Origin: Candidatus Bathyarchaeota archaeon
GTDB lineage: Archaea; Thermoproteota; Bathyarchaeia; Bathyarchaeales; DTEX01
Assembly: GCA_018396435.1 (NCBI GenBank)
Contig: JAGTRG010000004.1
Span: 1 to 51,023, forward strand
Reading direction: 5' to 3'
DNA length: 51,023 nt
Shown here one piece after another: positions 45,831 through 51,023 of this stretch. The notes below the pieces were generated by a model that worked only from the letters and a program-made list of their open reading frames with translations, did no database searches and was not told where the DNA came from. The translations under genes were made by a program, and so were the position numbers. The first letter of the stretch is position 1, and each line of letters starts with the position of its first letter.

Positions 45831-46679
45831 GTGAACGGACAGATGATTGGGAAACCTAAGATTGGAGTCAGCCTGTATTCTTATGGAGCAAATATAATGA
45901 TGCGGAGAATGAACATCAAGGAATGCATTGAGCATGCAGCCAGCCTTGGCGCGGAGGGAATTGAGATTGTTGATAATAGGCATCTTCCAAATTATCCATA
46001 TCACAGCGTTTATGACCTGCTAGAAATGCGCGATTATATTGAATCTTTCGGGATGGAGGTTGCATGCTACTCAGTTTATCTAAGCGAGTATGTTACGGGG
46101 ATAGGCACCACATTAGAAGGTTGCATAGAATATTTTCGTAAACTTATCCCGGAGGCGGCGACTCTGGGAACAAAAATAATTAGAGGCTCACCTATGCCCC
46201 CGAAAAACTTGGGGATGATGGATAGATCTTGGCAGACAAACATGATAAAACATATGTGGCAGCATGTTCTACCAGATTTGAAGAAATATAATGTTATATG
46301 GGGCGTAGAAATCCATGCTCCTATGCCGCCGGAAGACTTCTTAAAGATCGCGGAGGAGATTAATGATGAATATTTTGGGCTTGTACCTGATTTCTCCGTT
46401 TGGCAAACTAAGGGTTTGGCCGGTGTGGCGGGAGCGGCTCCGGTGGAACTGCTTAGGCAATGCATGCCATACACCGTTCATATTCATGCTAAAGCTCACG
46501 TCTTTGATGAGAGAGGGGAGGAACCCAACACCCCCTATGACAAACTCATCCCAATAATTAAGGAAGCCGGGTTTAACGGCTATATATCTGCGGAGTTCGA
46601 AGGATGGCGCCTTGGAAATTTCTCCGACAGCAGGAAGATGGTGGAGACCCATATGAATTTGATCCGCAAATACCTTTAA
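45831..46679 (+). CDS. xylose-isomerase-like TIM-barrel protein; candidate C-glycoside deglycosidase alpha subunit
   Basis: KIGVSLYSYG, LGAEGIEIVD, WGVEIHAP, LVPDFSVW, VHIHAKAH and GYISAEFEGW form a sugar-phosphate-isomerase/epimerase-type barrel. GTG at 45831 or ATG at 45843. Confidence 0.6.
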   Translation: MNGQMIGKPKIGVSLYSYGANIMMRRMNIKECIEHAASLGAEGIEIVDNRHLPNYPYHSVYDLLEMRDYIESFGMEVACYSVYLSEYVTGIGTTLEGCIEYFRKLIPEAATLGTKIIRGSPMPPKNLGMMDRSWQTNMIKHMWQHVLPDLKKYNVIWGVEIHAPMPPEDFLKIAEEINDEYFGLVPDFSVWQTKGLAGVAGAAPVELLRQCMPYTVHIHAKAHVFDERGEEPNTPYDKLIPIIKEAGFNGYISAEFEGWRLGNFSDSRKMVETHMNLIRKYL

Positions 46680-46950
46680 TACGACCAAATATTAGAGAAG
46701 CGAGCGCTATCGGTTTGGAGATAGAGACAGCTTGAGGAGTTTTAACTATAGCTGAACTTTTAGCGAAGGCCGCTAAGGAGACATAGAAGAAAGGGTTGAA
46801 GAGACTTCCCGAGGAAGTCGTGGGGATGAAAGCCTTTCCGGTAGGGTTAGCAGCTGTTTATGATGCTTATGGGATCATATACTGTATGGTTGGCTCTTCT
46901 TTCGGATAACCGGAGACTAAAACATAGACTAATTTGGTTTTCAATGCCTT

Positions 46951-48021
46951 TTAACCAATTAAATTATTTTTCAGCGTTTGCAGCCTTTCCTCGCTTTGCT
47001 GCATCATTTTTGTAATGATGTAGTATTGCTGTCTCGAAAGTTCTATTTGATCTGGTTGGTTAACCTTTTGAACCGTATCAACCCAGTCTTGTGGAAAAGC
47101 ATCAGCACCCTTAAAGGCGCCTGCAATAGAGCCTACAATGTTTCCAATCGTGTCAGAGTCACGTCCAAAATTTGCACAATTAATAAACGTCTCTACAGGA
47201 TCCCCCTCGGCTAACCAGAAGATAGCTAATGCGACCGGAACTGTTTCGCGAGGATCAATCGTATATCTTTTGCTTCCATACCTCGCTTCCAGCGGTATGA
47301 TCGGACGGGGATCCGCTATGGGTTCTCCAATTTCCGCTTCAAGGCCTTTGTAATAGAGCTCTCTGAATTTAATATAATCTTTCGTATAATGCGCTAATTT
47401 CATGGCGTATTCTATCCCTATTAAAACCTCGCTTCTTTTCGGCAAATAAGCCTTTGAGGCGTCTATAATGGAGTCAACGGTGGCTTTAGGGTTAAAGGCT
47501 TCAGCAACAGCTGCGGCAACCGCCATTGCGCCATCCTGGGGAAGTCGGAGTGAAGTATCTGGCTGAGATAGTAAGCATCTAAAGCTGCCTGCCGAGGGTC
47601 GCATGGATTTAGTATGCCTACTGGGGAGATGCACATGCATGAAGTATTACTCACCTGGTTTCCTCGCCCTGCCTCTCTAGGCGGAACACCCATCACAAAT
47701 ATTTTGTGAAAGGAGTTGGCGACTAGCCCCATGAACATTCGGAGATCCATGTCTTCCTTCCATACTTCTGCCCAATCTTCACAATCCGGTTTTCCACCCT
47801 TCCTAATGATCGCCTTGCATAACATATGCTTGAGACCCGAGTCGTCAGTCGCTGAACCAACCGGTCTTCCTCCATAATCCACTAGCCATGCAATCCTGCC
47901 AAACTTCTCCTCTATTTCTTTATAATGTATCCCATCGGTCGGACCGCCCATTGCGTCGCCTATAAGACCGCTGATAAGGCACCCGTAGATTTTTTAAACA
48001 GACTGTTGACTCAATTTTCAT
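46951..48021 (-). pseudogene. ADP-ribosylglycohydrolase family gene disrupted by two compensating frameshifts
   Basis: ATG at 48021 gives MKIESTVCLK. After the 6-nt homopolymer at 47990-47995 the conserved KIYGCLISGLIGDAMGGPTDG... continues in another frame (track ORF 47463-47951). After the 4-nt homopolymer at 47538-47541 the reading returns to the first frame as ...QDGAMAVAAAVAEAF...NFGRDSDTIGNIVGSIAGAFKG (track ORF 46951-47640). 48021-46951 is a multiple of 3. Confidence 0.7.
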
Positions 48022-48104
48022 TTTGATACTCCTGCAAAGTTAATTTAATAAGGTGGTTTTAAAAATGTTTAGTTTCCTACGGTCCATTTCTCATACAAAT
48101 TATT

Positions 48105-48224
48105 ATGAATGCCGCTATTGCCTTAAACATTACAACCCCAAGTGGGATCGGCTGGATTATTGAAGCTATCTTCGATTATGTCTGCGCGCAAGACGGGCTT
48201 AAATTCTTCCGGAAAAGTAAGTGA
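48105..48224 (+). pseudogene. integrase C-terminal tail relic
   Basis: ...IALNITTPSGIGWIIEAIFDYVCAQDGLKFFRKSK*. It resembles the tail ...EAGFEYV....G.KLFRKRK that I recall at the C-terminus of many archaeal tyrosine integrases. The stop lies 23 nt before the 3' end of tRNA-Met, in convergent orientation. Confidence 0.4.
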
Positions 48225-48247
48225 GAGTGTCGTGGGTTCATCCGTGA

Positions 48248-48369
<122 letters not shown>

Positions 48370-48399
48370 AATCTACGGGCGACCCCGGTAGTTTTATTT

Positions 48400-48597
48400 T
48401 TATTTGCGCTTCCTAAAAAACATTATCATATCCTTTTGGTAAACGTATTCGAATCCTGCTTCAAGCAAAGCCTTTATTTCCTCCAGTTTTCTTGCAACCT
48501 TCACTGTGAATTCATCGTTGTACTCGCCAAATATTGTTTTTTCAATGGTTATGTAGATTTCAGTATTCTTTAATGTTTTATTAGTTTTTCTGCGCAT
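48400..48597 (-). pseudogene. integrase C-terminal fragment (catalytic-Tyr region plus tail)
   Basis: 65-aa ORF: ...TLKNTEIYITIEKTIFGEYNDEFTVKVARKLEEIKALLEAGFEYVYQKDMIMFFRKRK*. The in-frame upstream sequence is closed by a stop, and 48598-48857 shows only degenerate similarity. The stop lies 30 nt beyond the 5' end of tRNA-Met. Confidence 0.5.
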
Positions 48598-48857
48598 TTG
48601 ATCTTTGAATTCGCAGAAGCGACATTTCTAGGGTTGTAAGGATTGTGATTTAAGAGGAACTAAAGTTTTTTAGAAAAATATAGTAAACTTTACCTTCATC
48701 ACTGTTAACAGAAAAATGAAAGAAAGAGTTTGCGGGGGATATATCCAGTTGAGGCTGATAATAGGCTACCCGACTACTTTTCGGATTTTCCTCTAATTTT
48801 AAATTCTTAAAATTTGCATGCTGGAGATCATTAATCCAGTCGAAGGGCGGATCAATT

Positions 48858-49298
48858 TCAACCTAGCGGTAAATCCCTAGGCTTAACGATGTCGCCGGTT
48901 GCCTTCAAGACCCATATGCCCTCTTTCTCAGCCCTCTCAACCAAGTCCGGCATCGCTAGGCTCGTGTAGATAACCCTAACGATTTTCGGCCTAAGCCTGT
49001 CGGGATATAGGCTCCTCAACTTCTCAATATTACGGTTAATTTCATCAATAATGCTTGAGGAAGCCCTAACAGAAGCCTCGCCGATAATGCATAATTCATC
49101 TGAAACCCCATAAAGATTTATCTCCACATCTGGAAGAATTAGCGAGTCGACATCAGCCTCGCAGCCCATGTCCCTAAGCCTATATTTAACCACAATCCTA
49201 GCCTCATCCTCAATATCCAAAGTGATCTTCTCCAGCGTCCGCTCAACCCTAGAGAGCCTAGCGTCTAAATGCCTAAAAGCCCTGTGATCTCCTCCCAA
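48858..49298 (-). CDS. PD-(D/E)xK-like C-terminal domain of a coiled-coil protein (DUF3782-type architecture); probably split from 49265-49651 by a frameshift
   Basis: 146-aa ORF with a TTG start inside the repeat gene: ...HRAFRHLDARLSRVERTLEKITLDIEDEARIVVKYRLRDMG...LPDVEINLYGVSDELCIIGEASVRASSSIIDEINRNIEKL...IVRVIYTSLAMPDLVERAEKEGIWVL. Confidence 0.6.
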   Translation of the reverse strand: MGGDHRAFRHLDARLSRVERTLEKITLDIEDEARIVVKYRLRDMGCEADVDSLILPDVEINLYGVSDELCIIGEASVRASSSIIDEINRNIEKLRSLYPDRLRPKIVRVIYTSLAMPDLVERAEKEGIWVLKATGDIVKPRDLPLG

Positions 49299-49651
49299 AT
49301 TTTTGTCTGCTCCTCTCTAAGCCTAATCTGCTCCTCTCTTAGCGCCTTGATCTCCTCCCAAATTTTTGTCTGCTCCTCTCTAAGCCTAATCTGCTCCTCC
49401 CTCAGTGCCTTGATCTCCTCCCAAATTTTTGTCTGCTCCTCCCGAATGCCGGCAATCTCGCTCCATATTTTTGTCTGCTCCTGCCTAAGTCTGATCTGTT
49501 CCTCCCTAAGCCCAGCTTGCTCCTCAACCAGTGCGTCAAGCCTCTTCAGTATCTCTGATAGCCCAAGGTAGCCTGCAACCGCATAGCGGAACTCCAGATC
49601 CCTATCGAGGAGATCCAGAAACTCCCTCTTTAAAGGCTCCAATGCAACCAT
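49265..49651 (-). CDS. coiled-coil repeat protein (REEQ-I/T-R/K-L/I-R/W repeats)
   Basis: 128 aa: ...LREEQIRLRQEQTKIWSEIAGIREEQTKIWEEIKALREEQIRLREEQTKIWEEIKALREEQIRLREEQTKIWEEITGLLGI*. Confidence 0.65.
   Translation of the reverse strand: MVALEPLKREFLDLLDRDLEFRYAVAGYLGLSEILKRLDALVEEQAGLREEQIRLRQEQTKIWSEIAGIREEQTKIWEEIKALREEQIRLREEQTKIWEEIKALREEQIRLREEQTKIWEEITGLLGI
49289..49527. repeat. 63-bp in-frame tandem repeat (two full units, one partial, then a degenerate copy)
   Basis: Units start at 49289, 49352 and 49415 (CTCCTCCCAAATTTTTGTCTGCTCCTC...). Units 1 and 2 differ at 3 positions, all synonymous third-codon positions (GCG/GCA, CTA/CTG, AGA/AGG on the coding strand). Confidence 0.9.
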
Positions 49652-49927
49652 GCCTAATAATCCCTAAATGCACAAAAATATTTAAAGGTTAACAATTTAA
49701 AAGACGCCGAAAAATTTGCATTCGTCTAGGTATGGCAAGTGCGCTCCGCTTTATGTTTGGGGCCTTTTTCAGTTCGGTCTTGGATGCATCTATTAATGAA
49801 AAAATATAGCCAATAGATTTGTGCCCCTATATTTTTATTTCAAAGTTTTTAGGCTTTTTACTTTAATCTCAATTTGCTTTTGCCATATTTTTATACGCGA
49901 GATATTATATTTCATTAGTGTGATGAT

Positions 49928-50518
49928 ATGTCCGGGTTGCGTCTGCTTGAGGGTGAAAATCTGATTTTAGATGTTGCTCCAGCGCCTAATTTTAAGAGAT
50001 ATGTTGCTGTTAGGGTTATCGTTGCGGGGCTCTTTATCTTAGCCATGTTCAATGTGATGGTTGCGATGGTTTTATACGTAGCGATTAGCGGACCCCCGAT
50101 TTCCACGGTGGGCATAGGTCCGCTGCTTACAGTTTATGCACTCTCATATTTTGTTCTGGCTGCGGTATTTGTCATTTTAACGTTAGTTCTCACAAATTTG
50201 ATGTATGAAAAGTATCATTACTGGGTTACAGATCAGCGGGTAGTTTGGAAGCACGGCGTGATAGGCTACAGCATAACAAGCGTCCCATTAGAGAGGATAT
50301 CTGACATAACGGTAAGCAGAACTTTCTGGGAGAGGATCTGCGGCGTAAGCGGGCTGGTTATTAAGGAAATTGGTGCCGTTCCGAAATATTATGGTTACCC
50401 CTATGGTTACGGCTTCGGATGGGGCTTCCCAACGATGATAGCGGTGCCAAACCCAGAGGAGATGCAAAAGCAAATCCTTGAATTAATCAGCAAAAAGGGT
50501 GTAGGAAGCAAACTCTGA
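49928..50518 (+). CDS. membrane protein with bacterial PH (bPH_2 / YdbS-YdbT-like) domain
   Basis: Two N-terminal TM helices, then YHYWVTDQRVVWKHGVIGYSITSVPLERISDITVSRTFWERICGVSGLVI, typical of bPH_2. Confidence 0.65.
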   Translation: MSGLRLLEGENLILDVAPAPNFKRYVAVRVIVAGLFILAMFNVMVAMVLYVAISGPPISTVGIGPLLTVYALSYFVLAAVFVILTLVLTNLMYEKYHYWVTDQRVVWKHGVIGYSITSVPLERISDITVSRTFWERICGVSGLVIKEIGAVPKYYGYPYGYGFGWGFPTMIAVPNPEEMQKQILELISKKGVGSKL

Positions 50519-50683
50519 GAACATATGCTGCGCAGTGGATTTAGTGGAGCACTAAATGCGAGGTTAGCACGCCTCTCTTTTAGTTGTCGTTAAGAAACTC
50601 GGATGCTTCAGCAGTTCTATTTCATGGTTAGGCCTTTTGCATGTTTGTTCTAGAATATAGTATTATATTTTGGGGGGCGAAAT

Positions 50684-51023
50684 ATGTTTATGAGCAGTGA
50701 GGAGCAAGTCGGGGTGTATGGTTTGAATATGAAAATTGCCGCCATAGCCATCTTCGCGGCGGTAATCGCTGCCGGCGCATTTTACGTTTGGTATTTTCGG
50801 CTTAATGCCTCTGAACAGATTATGAGGGAGGATTTTGAGGATGGGTTCGGCGATTGGGTTATAGATGCTGATGTGCCGCTTGACCCCAACAATCCTGGGC
50901 ATTACATTGAGTGGAGCATAACTCGCTCAACGGATGTTGCCAGCTCAGGACAATACTCATTAAAATTTTTCATCGACGGACGCCAGGACGATGGGACCAT
51001 ATGGATAGAGAGGAGAATACCCG
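50684..51023 (+). CDS. N-terminally membrane-anchored protein of unknown function, partial (runs off the right edge)
   Basis: Not in the ORF track. ATG at 50684: MFMSSEEQVGVYGLNMKIAAIAIFAAVIAAGAFYVWYF...EDFEDGFGDWVIDADVPLDPNNPGHYIEWSITRSTDVASSGQYSLKFFIDGRQDDGTIWIERRIP, open to the end of the window. Confidence 0.5.
   Translation, partial: MFMSSEEQVGVYGLNMKIAAIAIFAAVIAAGAFYVWYFRLNASEQIMREDFEDGFGDWVIDADVPLDPNNPGHYIEWSITRSTDVASSGQYSLKFFIDGRQDDGTIWIERRIP

Noticed and set aside
46680-46950. Fragmentary reading frame ...TIAELLAKAAKET*KKGLKRLPEEVVGMKAFPVGLAAVYDAYGIIYCMVGSSFG* in the 271-nt gap before the ADP-ribosylglycohydrolase pseudogene.
   Set aside because: It is interrupted by stops and too short, and I could not recognise a family. 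It may be another decayed gene, but this is unsupported.
49284-49300. Programmed -1 ribosomal frameshift joining the coiled-coil ORF to the nuclease-like ORF.
   Set aside because: There is no canonical X XXY YYZ slippery heptamer in the zero frame at the junction. ACA AAA ATT TGG recurs in every repeat unit, and I saw no obvious downstream stimulatory structure. A mutational frameshift or re-initiation is simpler.

Overview
All family assignments below come from reading motifs in the supplied translations and DNA by eye. No database search or folding program was run.

The window looks like an archaeal chromosomal segment. Supporting evidence: aPelota, a GPN-loop GTPase, DUF371- and DUF4443-type proteins, a tRNA with an intron at the canonical 37/38 position, and AT-rich TATA-like boxes about 25-40 nt upstream of several starts. 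I count about 55 protein genes, 3 tRNAs, 4 clear pseudogenes or gene relics and one gene probably split by a frameshift. I saw no rRNA, CRISPR array or intact IS element.

- 1-15.3 kb: a glycan-uptake locus. It holds an Opp/Dpp-type ABC transporter (2 permeases, 2 ATPases, a family-5 binding protein with an unusual C-terminal stalk and anchor), GH31, GH10, a xylose-isomerase-like TIM barrel and four UROD/MetE-like paralogues (one truncated by the window edge).
- 15.4-36 kb: housekeeping genes (CinA-like, GPN GTPase, nfo, sfsA, pelota, PGM/PMM, pyrB) mixed with accessory genes (membrane-anchored GH53 and an unassigned clan GH-A hydrolase, a DHH / Nudix / Eis-like GNAT group, a DapA-family + OCD-family pair). 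An integrase relic lies next to tRNA-Lys.
- 36.7-46.7 kb: a second sugar-modification island with a ThuA-like protein, an MDR dehydrogenase, an alpha/beta hydrolase and a DUF362-DUF711 tandem. It also holds a head-to-head pair of a DUF6379-like small protein and a TIM barrel. I read that pair as a candidate archaeal C-glycoside deglycosidase, and it is my top candidate for an undescribed system.
- 46.9-49.7 kb: a gene-decay zone around an intron-containing tRNA-Met. It contains an ADP-ribosylglycohydrolase with two compensating frameshifts, two inverted integrase-tail relics flanking the tRNA, and a 63-bp-repeat coiled-coil gene separated by a frameshift from its nuclease-like C-terminal domain.
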